A DNA stretch of 63,980 bases, the filler included. It is 6 parts of 6 records of this genome, joined end to end, with 100 filler letters (N's around TTAATTAATTAA, not from the genome) between each part and the next. Parts side by side here need not be neighbours in the genome. Positions count along the whole stretch, not along the records: positions 1 to 8,661 come from SRR20825010_2388; 5 more parts are not named here. The stretch is one strand, 5' to 3'. Positions 1 through 8,761 of this stretch are shown one piece after another. The position numbers and the translations under genes are program-made. Below the pieces are notes generated by a model that searched no databases, was not told the DNA's origin, and saw only the letters and a program-made list of their open reading frames with translations. The stretch's first letter is position 1. Each line of letters starts with the position of its first letter.

Positions 1-1
1 G

Positions 2-505
2 GCGATCATGAACGCACTCGGCATGGAAGCCTATCCGCTGGCATTCTCGGAAGTCTATTCCGGTCTGCAGACCGGCGTCATCGACGGCCAGATGAACCCG
101 ATCCCGATCCTGGTCTCGGCCAAGCTCGACGAGGTGCAGCAGTATCTGACGCTGACCAACCACCTCTATTCGCCGTTCACGATGCTGTTCAACAAGGCCT
201 TCTATGACGACCTGACGGAAGACCAGAAGGACCTGATCCACACCGCCGCGCAGTCCTGCGAGAACGCCGCGCGCGGCATCTCGCGGATCATCGAGGCCTC
301 CGACCGCGGTCTCGCCGGGCTTTCCGGCAAGATGACGATCACCGCGCTTTCGCCCGAGGATCGCGCCCAGATGCGTGAGGTCACCGATGTCGCCTTCGAC
401 AAGTACATGGCGGAAAACCATGGCGAGGATGCACTCGCACTGGTCGACCTGCTCAAGGAAGAAAGCCAGAAGGCCAACTCGACCCGCTATTTCGGCGAGG
501 AATGA
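2..505 (+). CDS. dctP: TRAP transporter substrate-binding protein (DctP family), 5'-truncated by window edge
   Basis: Motif 'LAFSEVYSGLQTGVIDGQMNP...LDEVQQYLTLTNHLYSP' is typical of the DctP C-terminal half; the frame is open to the window start. Confidence 0.9.
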   Translation, partial: AIMNALGMEAYPLAFSEVYSGLQTGVIDGQMNPIPILVSAKLDEVQQYLTLTNHLYSPFTMLFNKAFYDDLTEDQKDLIHTAAQSCENAARGISRIIEASDRGLAGLSGKMTITALSPEDRAQMREVTDVAFDKYMAENHGEDALALVDLLKEESQKANSTRYFGEE

Positions 506-594
506 GCCGATCCGAATGCCGGGGGAGGGTGTCTTCCCCCGGAACCGCCGGGCGGAGCCGCCCGACAACCCATCACTCAGTACAGGAATTCAAA

Positions 595-1338
595 ATGCGT
601 TCGAGCCTTGGTGAAACCCGATCGAGCATCAAGCGCTCCCACGCGCTCATCTGCGTGGACAGCCACGAGATCATCAGCCTGCCGCACTGGCCGGGCACCG
701 AAATCATCTCCTATGTGACGCCGGGCCTCGGCGCGGGGTTTTCCCTGTTCCGGATCACCGCGACGCGCGAAACCCGGATACCGCCGCCGCCGCATGACGG
801 CATCCGCTTCATCCTGCTGCGTGCCGGCCGGGTGGACGTCCGCGACGGGGCGGAGGCCCATACCCTTGAGACGGACGAATATGCCTATCTGCCGCAGGCG
901 AGCGGCTTCACGCTGGACATGGCGGACGGTACGGAACTCCTCTGCCTCGAACATGCCTACAAACCGTTGGCCGGTGCAAAGCCGCCCGGGCCGGTCTTCG
1001 GCTCGATAGCGTCTGTCGCTGCCGTTCCGCTGAAGGGAAACGAACAGCTTCATGTCCAGAAACTCCTGCCGGAGGAACCGGGGTTCGACATGGAGGTCAA
1101 CGTGATGACCTTCGCGCCCGGCGGCTCGCTGCCCTATGTGGAAACCCATTTCATGGAGCATGGCCTGGTGATGCTCGACGGCGGCGGCATCTATCGCCTC
1201 GATGACCAGTGGTATCCGGTCGCGCGCGGCGACGCCATCTGGATGGCGCCGTTCTGCCCGCAATGGTTCGGGGCGCTCGGGCGCGGCGATGCGCGCTACC
1301 TGATCTACAAGAACTGGAATCGCGACCCGCTGGTGTGA
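595..1338 (+). CDS. allE: (S)-ureidoglycine aminohydrolase (bicupin, AllE/YlbA family)
   Basis: 'FAPGGSLPYVETHFMEHGLVMLDGGGIYRL...GDAIWMAPFCPQWFGALG...YLIYKNWNR' matches the UGlyAH signature; start reassigned to ATG 595 after AGGAA. Confidence 0.9.
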   Translation: MRSSLGETRSSIKRSHALICVDSHEIISLPHWPGTEIISYVTPGLGAGFSLFRITATRETRIPPPPHDGIRFILLRAGRVDVRDGAEAHTLETDEYAYLPQASGFTLDMADGTELLCLEHAYKPLAGAKPPGPVFGSIASVAAVPLKGNEQLHVQKLLPEEPGFDMEVNVMTFAPGGSLPYVETHFMEHGLVMLDGGGIYRLDDQWYPVARGDAIWMAPFCPQWFGALGRGDARYLIYKNWNRDPLV

Positions 1339-1439
1339 TCCTCCTCGCACCAGGACGGGAAATGCGGCCGGGTCGGCACTCGGTTCAAATCGGAGAAAGT
1401 ATAACCCTTGTGCCCGGCAGCTGGCCCGTCCAGGCGTGG

Positions 1440-2624
1440 TCAGGGCCTCGTCATGCCAAGATGCGCGGCGCAGATGTCGGCTATGGAGGTGAAGGGCATC
1501 AGGCCAAGGGAACATGGCGCAATGCCCGGACCGGCTACCAGCACCGGGACCCGTTCACGGGTGTGATCCGTGCCGGACCAGGTCGGGTCATTGCCGTGGT
1601 CGGCGGTTATGGCAAGCAGATCGCCTTCACTGAGCCGCTGGAGCAGCGACGGCATGCGGGCATCGAAGGCTTCGAGCGCGCGGGCATAGCCGGCCACATC
1701 CCGGCGGTGACCCCACAGACTGTCGAATTCGACGAAGTTGGCGAACACCAGATCGCCGGGGCCTGCCTTGCCCGTCCACTCCAGCAGCCCGTCGAACAGC
1801 GCCATGTCATCCGCGCCCTTGGTGACATCGTCGATGCCGCGATGCGCGAAGATATCGCCGATCTTGCCGACCGCGTGCACTTGCCCGCCGTTTTCGCGGA
1901 CCCGGTCGCACAGCGTTCCATGCGGCGGAGCGATCGCGAAATCACGACGGTTCGCGGTGCGGTGGAAACTCTGCGGGCTTTCGCCCGCAAAAGGACGGGC
2001 GATCACCCGCCCGACATTCATGGGATGGAATATGTTCGCAGCGATGCGGCAGATCTCCAGCAGCCTTTCGAGACCAAATGCCTGCTCATGCGCCGCGATC
2101 TGCACGACGCTGTCGGCGGAGGTGTAGACGATCGGCCATCCTGTTTCGATGTGCTGAAGGCCGAACCGCCTGATGACTTCCGTGCCCGAGGCGTGGCCGT
2201 TGGCAAGCGTGCCGGCGATGCCGGACCGTTCGGCCAGCGCCGTCATCGCCTCCGATGGAAAGGCAGGGACGGTCCGGGGGAAATAGTGCCAGTCCCGCTC
2301 CACGACCTTGCCTGCCAGTTCCCAATGACCGGATTGTGTGTCCTTGCCCTTCGAGCTTTCCTCGGCCGCGCCGAAACGGGCCGGTGCGTCGGCGGCAAGG
2401 CCCGGCGCGATCGCGCCTGAAGCGAGCGTGATTGCGCGCCCGAGACCGAGCGCATCGAGATGGGGAACGCGCAAGGGGCCGGCGCGCCCGCTCTCCGCCC
2501 TGCCGGCGGCGCAAGCCTCGGCGATGTGCAGGAGCGTGTTGGCGCCCTCGTCGCCGTAAAGCGCGGCGTCAGCAGCCCCACCGCAGCCGACGGAATCAAG
2601 AACGCAGAGAAACACCCTCGACAT
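1440..2624 (-). CDS. deoB: Phosphopentomutase
   Basis: 'LDSVGCG', 'GKDTQSGHWE', 'YTSADSV.QIAAHE', 'DSLWGHRRD', 'ADHGNDPT...TDHTRE'. Confidence 0.95.
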   Translation of the reverse strand: MSRVFLCVLDSVGCGGAADAALYGDEGANTLLHIAEACAAGRAESGRAGPLRVPHLDALGLGRAITLASGAIAPGLAADAPARFGAAEESSKGKDTQSGHWELAGKVVERDWHYFPRTVPAFPSEAMTALAERSGIAGTLANGHASGTEVIRRFGLQHIETGWPIVYTSADSVVQIAAHEQAFGLERLLEICRIAANIFHPMNVGRVIARPFAGESPQSFHRTANRRDFAIAPPHGTLCDRVRENGGQVHAVGKIGDIFAHRGIDDVTKGADDMALFDGLLEWTGKAGPGDLVFANFVEFDSLWGHRRDVAGYARALEAFDARMPSLLQRLSEGDLLAITADHGNDPTWSGTDHTRERVPVLVAGPGIAPCSLGLMPFTSIADICAAHLGMTRP

Positions 2625-3367
2625 CAGGAAAGCTGGAAGCGTTCGAGTGCGTGGCGCCGGATGAGGTTAACGACCTCATAGAATCCCCAGCCGATCAGCG
2701 AAAGCAGCAATACGACGCCGATCACCACCGCCGTGTCGCCGTTTTCCTGGCCGGAAGCCAGAAGATAGCCGAGCCCCTTGTTGGCGCCCATGAGTTCGCC
2801 GATGACGGCGGCCGTCATCGCCAGCGTGGTCGCAACCGCCATGCCGGCGAGAACCGACGGCAGCGAGGAGGGCAGTTCGATGCGCCAGAACATCTGCCAC
2901 GGATTGAGCCGCAGCACCTTGGCGAGATCGCGATAGCTGCCTTCGCCATAGCGCAGCCCGCTCACCATGCCGGACATGACCGGGAAGAACGTGACGATCG
3001 CGACCAGCACGATTTTCGGCATGGGGCCAATGCCCAGCCACAAAAGCAGCAGCGGGGCAATGGCGATCTTGGGGGCCGTCTGCAGCAGCAGAATGGCCGG
3101 CGTGGCAAGTCGCTCGACGCGGGGCAGGCGGTCGAAGACGATTCCGGCGAGAACTCCCGCAGTGGTCCCGGCAGCAAAGCCGGCGATGATTTCCTGAAGC
3201 GTTACCCAGGTGTTTTCCATCAGGCCGGCATTCGTGAACAGAAATGCCATCCGCTCGGCAACCGCCACGGGCCCCGGCAGAAGAAACGCCGGGACGCGAA
3301 ACACGTTGACGATCAGGACCCAGATAACCAGGGTTGCGATCAGGCCCGCTATGCCACGCACGAACAT
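2624..3367 (-). CDS. ABC transporter permease (NitT/TauT/SsuC-like)
   Basis: Hydrophobic protein with 'QTAPKIAIAPLLLLWLG' and 'AAVIGELMGANKGLGY'; real start ATG 3367 lies just after the SBP stop. Confidence 0.9.
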   Translation of the reverse strand: MFVRGIAGLIATLVIWVLIVNVFRVPAFLLPGPVAVAERMAFLFTNAGLMENTWVTLQEIIAGFAAGTTAGVLAGIVFDRLPRVERLATPAILLLQTAPKIAIAPLLLLWLGIGPMPKIVLVAIVTFFPVMSGMVSGLRYGEGSYRDLAKVLRLNPWQMFWRIELPSSLPSVLAGMAVATTLAMTAAVIGELMGANKGLGYLLASGQENGDTAVVIGVVLLLSLIGWGFYEVVNLIRRHALERFQLS

Positions 3368-3369
3368 GG

Positions 3370-4374
3370 TTACTTCCCGACCATGGACGGATCGATGACG
3401 AAGTCCTCGGCCTTCGGCGCCTCTTCGATCACGCCATACTCGGCCAGCATATCGGCGTTCTTCTGCCAGCCGGCGAGATCGGCGGCCCCGAGGCCTTTTT
3501 CCTGCGTCAGCGGGCTCTGCCAGACGGAAGGAATGAAGGTCTGTTCGAAGGCCGTCGTCAGCGTATCCTTCTGATCCTTCGGCCATGTCGGGGCATATTT
3601 GTCGAGCGCGATGTCCAGGGCCTCGCTGACATTGCCGTCGATCACCCACTGGTAGGATTCCGTCACGGAATCGTTGAAACGCTTTACCAGGTCGGCATTG
3701 TCGGAAAGGGTCTTCTTGCTGGTGACGACGACATTGCCGAACGAGGGCAGGAAGTCGTTTGAGAGGATCATCGTGACCTCGTCCCCGGCGGCTTCGAGAC
3801 TGTATTTGCGCAATTCGGAGAAGACGATCGCATCGACCTGATCCGCCTGAAGCGCCTGGACGATCGCGCCGGTGGCGATCACCTCGACCTTGACGTCATC
3901 GAGGGTCAGGCCGGCGCTTTTCAGGCCGGCCTGAAGCTGAAGATAGTTCGGGCTTGCAAGACTGGTGACCGCGACGGTCTTGCCCTTCAGATCGGCATAG
4001 GTTTCGATGCCCGCGGACTTCTTGGCAAGCAACGCGCCGATGCCGCGCTGATAGGTGGTGTGCACGACCTCCACCGGCAGGCCGTTTGCGGCCGCGGCAA
4101 CGACGGCATCGCCATTCGGGAAACCGAAATCGACATTGCCGACAGCGATGTTGGTGAGAATATCGGAGGCGCCGGCATAGATGAACTCGACATCGATCCC
4201 GTTCTTGTCGAAGAAGCCCTTTTCGACGCCGGCATAGAGCGGCGCATAGAAAGGCACGGCGGCGCCGTCGATCTGGAACACCACTTCGTCATTGGCAAGG
4301 GCGGTCGACGCGAGGAGTGGGAGGGCGAGCGCGCCAATGAGGATGGCGCCGGATTTCTTGAGGATGCTGGTCAT
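3370..4374 (-). CDS. ABC substrate-binding protein, NMT1/THI5-like family
   Basis: Signal peptide (ALA-N), 'YAGVEKGFFDKNGIDVEF', 'DLKGKTVAV'. Confidence 0.9.
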   Translation of the reverse strand: MTSILKKSGAILIGALALPLLASTALANDEVVFQIDGAAVPFYAPLYAGVEKGFFDKNGIDVEFIYAGASDILTNIAVGNVDFGFPNGDAVVAAAANGLPVEVVHTTYQRGIGALLAKKSAGIETYADLKGKTVAVTSLASPNYLQLQAGLKSAGLTLDDVKVEVIATGAIVQALQADQVDAIVFSELRKYSLEAAGDEVTMILSNDFLPSFGNVVVTSKKTLSDNADLVKRFNDSVTESYQWVIDGNVSEALDIALDKYAPTWPKDQKDTLTTAFEQTFIPSVWQSPLTQEKGLGAADLAGWQKNADMLAEYGVIEEAPKAEDFVIDPSMVGK

Positions 4375-5171
4375 GAGAAGTCTGTTCCCTTCTGGTTGCT
4401 GAGTGAGAATGCCAGCCCTGCAATTCTGAGCAGATTGCGCTGGGTCGGCTCGTAATCATCAAGCCACTGGTCCGTGGCCCGATTTCCATGCACGCCAAGC
4501 AAGGCGGCGCATTTCAGGCCGACGGCAGCGCCGACCGTGAAGGTGGTTTCGCATTCCATCTCGACGCCGATCGCGCCGAGGCCTTGCAATTTTTCGATGA
4601 ACCCGCCGGAGCGATGGTGGTGATCGAGGCGGAAACGCCGGTCCTGGCCGAAATAATAGCTGTCTGTGGAACCCACGATCCCGGTCCTGCACGCAAGCCC
4701 GCAGCGGCCGGCGGCTTCGCCGAGCCTTCCCACCAGCGACGCATCGGCCTCTGCCGTGCCGCCCGCCATCCGGTAGCGGGAGGCCGTGCCGGTGTCGCCG
4801 ACCGCGCGCTCGACCGCGATGAAGCTGCCGACAGGATAGGCCTCGTCGAGCGCGGACATACCGCCGATGCGGATCACCTGGCGTGCGCCGAGCATGGCCA
4901 GTTCCACCAGCGCGATTTCGGTGGATGGGCCGCCGATGCCGGTCGAGCAGATGGTCACGGGCTCGCCCTGATAGCGGCCGGTGATCACCGCATATTCGCG
5001 TTTTCGGCCGAAATCGCGGACATCGCTCAGCATGTCGGCCAGCAGGCGAACGCGGTCCGGATCTCCGGGCGTCAGAACATTCTCGGCGATGTCGCCGGGT
5101 CCGCATGGCAGATGCGGCGGACGGCCGTCCTTCCAGGGAAAGGAAGCGCTGGTTTCAGCCATTGCCTTCAC
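4371..5171 (-). CDS. Uridine-phosphorylase-like nucleoside phosphorylase (NP-I family), divergent
   Basis: 'PGDPDRV', 'KREY', 'STGIGGPS', 'DSYYFGQDR', 'VEME' align with E. coli Udp motifs. Confidence 0.88.
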   Translation of the reverse strand: MKAMAETSASFPWKDGRPPHLPCGPGDIAENVLTPGDPDRVRLLADMLSDVRDFGRKREYAVITGRYQGEPVTICSTGIGGPSTEIALVELAMLGARQVIRIGGMSALDEAYPVGSFIAVERAVGDTGTASRYRMAGGTAEADASLVGRLGEAAGRCGLACRTGIVGSTDSYYFGQDRRFRLDHHHRSGGFIEKLQGLGAIGVEMECETTFTVGAAVGLKCAALLGVHGNRATDQWLDDYEPTQRNLLRIAGLAFSLSNQKGTDFS

Positions 5172-5922
5172 CCTTCCAGGAAAGCAGGCGATGCTCGAGC
5201 GCCGTCACGATCACATGCAGCAGAAGCCCGACGGCAACCGTGAGGCCGACCATCGCAAACAGCAGGCCGGTCTTGTAGGTCGCGGTCGCAAACGTCATCA
5301 GATAGCCGAGCCCCTGCTGGCCCGACATCCATTCGGCCAGTACCGCGCCGACCAGAGCCTGGACGACCCCGATCTTCAGGCCGACGAAGATGTCGGGGAG
5401 CGCCGCCGGCAGCTCGATCTGGCGAAAGGAGGCAAAGCGCCCAAGCCGCAGAAGGCGCGACAGATCCCTCATCTTCGGATCAAGGCCGCGAAAACCCGTC
5501 GTCGCGCCGACAAAGATCGGAAAAAACACCAGCGATACGATCAGGATGATCTTCGATGTGATGCCGGAGCCGAACCAGACGATGAAAAGCGGGGCAAGCG
5601 CGATCTTCGGCGCTGTCTGCAGGATTACCAGCGGCCCGTCGAACCAGGTCGCCAGCCGGGAAAACCGGGTCATGACATAGCCAAGCGCAAGGCCCGCGAC
5701 GCTGCCGGCGACAAGGCCGATGACGATATTTTTCAAGGTGAAGCCAAGGTTGGTCCAAAGCGTGCCGTCGACTGCGATCTTCACCAGGGCATTCCATGTG
5801 CTTGCCGGCGAAGGCATCAGATAGGGCGGCAGTTCGACGATCGCGGTCGCATACCACCACGCGCCGAGCAGCACGAGAACGGCAAGCGCGTAATCGAATG
5901 TTGCGGAGAGACGGCGTTTCAT
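5155..5922 (-). CDS. ABC transporter permease (NitT/TauT/SsuC-like)
   Basis: 'QTAPKIALAPLFIVWFG', 'GAVLAEWMSGQQGLGY'. Confidence 0.9.
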   Translation of the reverse strand: MKRRLSATFDYALAVLVLLGAWWYATAIVELPPYLMPSPASTWNALVKIAVDGTLWTNLGFTLKNIVIGLVAGSVAGLALGYVMTRFSRLATWFDGPLVILQTAPKIALAPLFIVWFGSGITSKIILIVSLVFFPIFVGATTGFRGLDPKMRDLSRLLRLGRFASFRQIELPAALPDIFVGLKIGVVQALVGAVLAEWMSGQQGLGYLMTFATATYKTGLLFAMVGLTVAVGLLLHVIVTALEHRLLSWKGEGNG

Positions 5923-6683
5923 CAGTGAACCCCGCCGCCCGCGCCCGCGGTTTTGAGATCGTGGCGGAGCTTGGCAACGAGGGCATGATAGGCGGGATCC
6001 AGCTTGGTCGCCTCGCCCCGGGGCCGCTCGAGCGCGACATCATGGATGCATTTCAATTTGCCCGGGCGCGCCGTCATGACCAGCACCCGGTCGGCGAGAT
6101 AGGCGGCTTCATCGACGCTGTGGGTGACCAGCAGGATCGTCTTGCCGGTTTCCTGCCAGATGCGCAGCAATTCATCGTTGAGGTTGTCGCGCGTCATCAG
6201 ATCGACGGCCGAAAACGGCTCGTCCATCAGCAGGATTTCGGGGTCGTCCGACAACGCACGGGCGATCGCCGCGCGCTGGCGCATGCCGCCGGAAAGCTGG
6301 CGTGGCAGCGCTTTCTCGAATCCTGACAGGCCGACCATGGCGATCAGGTCCCTGGCCCTGGCGTTGGCGGTGGCGCGGTTCGCGCCAGCGGTATCGAGCG
6401 GGAATCGGACATTGTCGAGAATGTTCTTCCACGGCAGCAGCACCGGCTCCTGAAAGACGAAGCCCACCGGGCGCCGGCGATGCGCCGCGTTGAGTTCTAT
6501 GGTGCCGCCGCTCGGATCATCGAGGCCGGAGATCAGACGCAGCAGCGTCGACTTGCCGCAACCGGACGGCCCGACGATCGAGATGAACTCGCCGTCCTTG
6601 ATATCGACGCTCAGCGGCTCAAGGGCAGTCACCGTGCCGTGGCTTGCCTCGAAGGTTTTATGGACGCCCCTGATCTCAATCAT
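5922..6683 (-). CDS. ABC transporter ATP-binding protein (NitT/TauT family)
   Basis: Walker A GPSGCGKS, LSGGMRQR, Walker B ILLMDEPF. Confidence 0.95.
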   Translation of the reverse strand: MIEIRGVHKTFEASHGTVTALEPLSVDIKDGEFISIVGPSGCGKSTLLRLISGLDDPSGGTIELNAAHRRRPVGFVFQEPVLLPWKNILDNVRFPLDTAGANRATANARARDLIAMVGLSGFEKALPRQLSGGMRQRAAIARALSDDPEILLMDEPFSAVDLMTRDNLNDELLRIWQETGKTILLVTHSVDEAAYLADRVLVMTARPGKLKCIHDVALERPRGEATKLDPAYHALVAKLRHDLKTAGAGGGVH

Positions 6684-6752
6684 TGTGCATATGTCTTTCG
6701 ATGTCGGGAAGGCTCATGGAACGCCTCTCTTCATGTTATATGTGGTAGAATT

Positions 6753-6768
6753 GTCTCATTATTGAGAC
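6753..6768. promoter_or_regulatory. Palindromic operator candidate GTCTCA-N4-TGAGAC upstream of the ABC operon
   Basis: Perfect 6-bp inverted repeat in an AT-rich patch about 70 bp upstream of the ATPase start. Confidence 0.5.
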
Positions 6769-6831
6769 TTCACGGGTCATCTTGACCATACCCTGCCGAT
6801 GCAGGGCAGTCGTTTCGAACGGCGTCGAAAA

Positions 6832-8481
6832 CTATCCGTTACGCCGAACGGCAATCGCGCGGGCGATGTCGGAGAGGGCGTCAAGCTTGGCCTCGCACGA
6901 CCCTTCCGCGTAAACCTTTTCGAGCTTTTCGGCATAGGTCTGCAATTCACGCAGGCAGTCCTCGCCGGCGTGATGGAGCATCGGCGTTTCATAATTGTCA
7001 TCGGCAAAATCGGCAGCGACGATGCCGAGCAGGAGATAGCCCGCCGCCTTTTCGGGCTGTTTCTCCGCCTGCCGGAAGGCCACTTCCGCCGCCTTGCCGA
7101 AGGCTTTCACGGCCACCTTGTTTTCAATCACAAATGCGGGAATATCCTTGAACACTGATACTTCCTTCGTCTGGTTTTCATTCTCGAAGCGCGAATCTCC
7201 GCCAAGGTAATGGCACAGCAATTCGACCGCGCATAGCAGGTCGCCGATCTCCATCGCTTCGTCCGGATTATGCGATCCATGATCATTTCGCACAAAAATC
7301 ATCCCGGCGGAAATGCCTTTGCCGGCAAATACCGCGGCATCGTGTCCGCCGCCCGAGACCATGCGGATCGGCGCGAGCCCGGCATCGTTCCCGGCCCGCT
7401 CCAGATCGGCGATGATTTTCCGCGACAAAGACGCGGGCGCGGTCTTCAGTGGCTCGCCCAGAACGAAGCGGACCTTGCGTGCCGCCTCGATCCGGCTGAC
7501 CTCCCGTTCGAGCAACGTGTGGAAGCGCTCCAGTGTGGCAACATCATCGCTGCGCACATCAAGGCTGAAATGCACGGCGTCCGGTATTCGCGACATCGCA
7601 TGGGTCGCCTCATTGGTGGAAACCACGCCGCTGGTAACCACCAGATCCCGGCCATTGTCGACGGCTTCCTGCCAGGCCTGATCCAGATGCGCCATCAGAT
7701 CGGCCATCGCCAGCACCGGGTCATGGCGGTAGGCGCGCGGGACAGCGCCGGAATGGCCGCTTTCACCGAAACAGGTGATGGATTTGTAGCGGAAATTGCC
7801 CCGGATACCGGTCACCACGGCGACGGGCAGGTCGCGTTCGACCAGAACCGGCCCCTGTTCGATGTGGACCTCGATATACTGCGCGACCGCTTCCGTCCGG
7901 ATCAGCGGCTCGCCGTTGCGCACCTTGCCGATGTCGATGCCGATCGCCTCCATATGCGCGGCGAGCGAATGGCCGTCATCCCTGTGGCGCGCTTCCAGTT
8001 CTTTGTCCGACAGCGTTCCGAGCAGCGCCTTGGAGCCGATGTAGCAGGGGCCGAACCACGCGCTTTCCTCGCCGCGCATCGCAATCACCCTGACCGGCAT
8101 GTGGAACGCGTTCGCCAGACCTTGGCGCACCGCCACCAGACAAAGCATGCCGGCAACGACGCCCGCCAGCCCGTCGAAATTGCCGCCCTGGTCGATGCTG
8201 TCGACATGCGAGCCGACCAGACAATAGCGTTCGGCCGCCGCGTGCTCGGGCAGGCTCATGACCAGATTGCATCCTGCGTCATAACCGGTCGAAAGACCCT
8301 CGGCCTCGGCAACGCCCGCAAGATATTCCAGCACTTCGGTTTCCCTGGCGGAATAGGCCGGGCGGCTGACGCCCGCTTCGGCAGCGCTGATGCGCGCCAC
8401 GTCGTCGAACATACGCGCCGCCAGCGATGCGAGATCGGCCGATACGATGCCGGGAGAAGGTTGAGGTCGGTGGTGCGTCAT
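6832..8481 (-). CDS. Zn-dependent M20 amidohydrolase (hydantoinase/carbamoylase, allantoate amidohydrolase/beta-ureidopropionase family) with a ~110-aa C-terminal extra module
   Basis: GSHVDS, GGNFDG, GEES, EVHIEQGPVL, SGGGHDA, SHNPDE; the enzyme domain ends near aa 428 and the ORF continues to 549 aa. Confidence 0.88.
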   Translation of the reverse strand: MTHHRPQPSPGIVSADLASLAARMFDDVARISAAEAGVSRPAYSARETEVLEYLAGVAEAEGLSTGYDAGCNLVMSLPEHAAAERYCLVGSHVDSIDQGGNFDGLAGVVAGMLCLVAVRQGLANAFHMPVRVIAMRGEESAWFGPCYIGSKALLGTLSDKELEARHRDDGHSLAAHMEAIGIDIGKVRNGEPLIRTEAVAQYIEVHIEQGPVLVERDLPVAVVTGIRGNFRYKSITCFGESGHSGAVPRAYRHDPVLAMADLMAHLDQAWQEAVDNGRDLVVTSGVVSTNEATHAMSRIPDAVHFSLDVRSDDVATLERFHTLLEREVSRIEAARKVRFVLGEPLKTAPASLSRKIIADLERAGNDAGLAPIRMVSGGGHDAAVFAGKGISAGMIFVRNDHGSHNPDEAMEIGDLLCAVELLCHYLGGDSRFENENQTKEVSVFKDIPAFVIENKVAVKAFGKAAEVAFRQAEKQPEKAAGYLLLGIVAADFADDNYETPMLHHAGEDCLRELQTYAEKLEKVYAEGSCEAKLDALSDIARAIAVRRNG

Positions 8482-8661
8482 ATCATCGCCTCCGCAAGTT
8501 CGATATTCCCTTCCGCAGGCAGCGCGGAGCCAATGATTTCCGCGATCGATGCGACGCCCTGGGCCTTGAGCGCAACCGCAAGCTCATCAACGAGCCGCGG
8601 CATGATGGTGGGATCGAGGAAATTTGCCGTGCCGACCTGAACGGCGCTGGCGCCGACCATC
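8478..8661 (-). CDS. Dihydroorotate dehydrogenase (class 1 PyrD-like) C-terminal fragment, truncated by contig end
   Basis: 'GASAVQVGTANFLDP' motif; ATGA overlap with the downstream amidohydrolase. Confidence 0.75.
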
Positions 8662-8761
8662 NNNNNNNNNNNNNNNNNNNNNNNNNNNNNNNNNNNNNNN
8701 NNNNNTTAATTAATTAANNNNNNNNNNNNNNNNNNNNNNNNNNNNNNNNNNNNNNNNNNNN
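8662..8761. other. Artificial contig linker (N44-TTAATTAATTAA-N44)
   Basis: N run with six-frame stop cassette; GC content and taxon change across it. Confidence 0.99.

Noticed and set aside
2624-3649. Extended N-termini in the ORF track (also allE, ppx, rluB, gltI, GT2)
   Set aside because: They overlap neighbouring genes or promoters; downstream starts with better context were chosen
8706-8717. Repeated TTAATTAATTAA motif (also at the four other gaps)
   Set aside because: Assembly linker embedded in N runs, not biological
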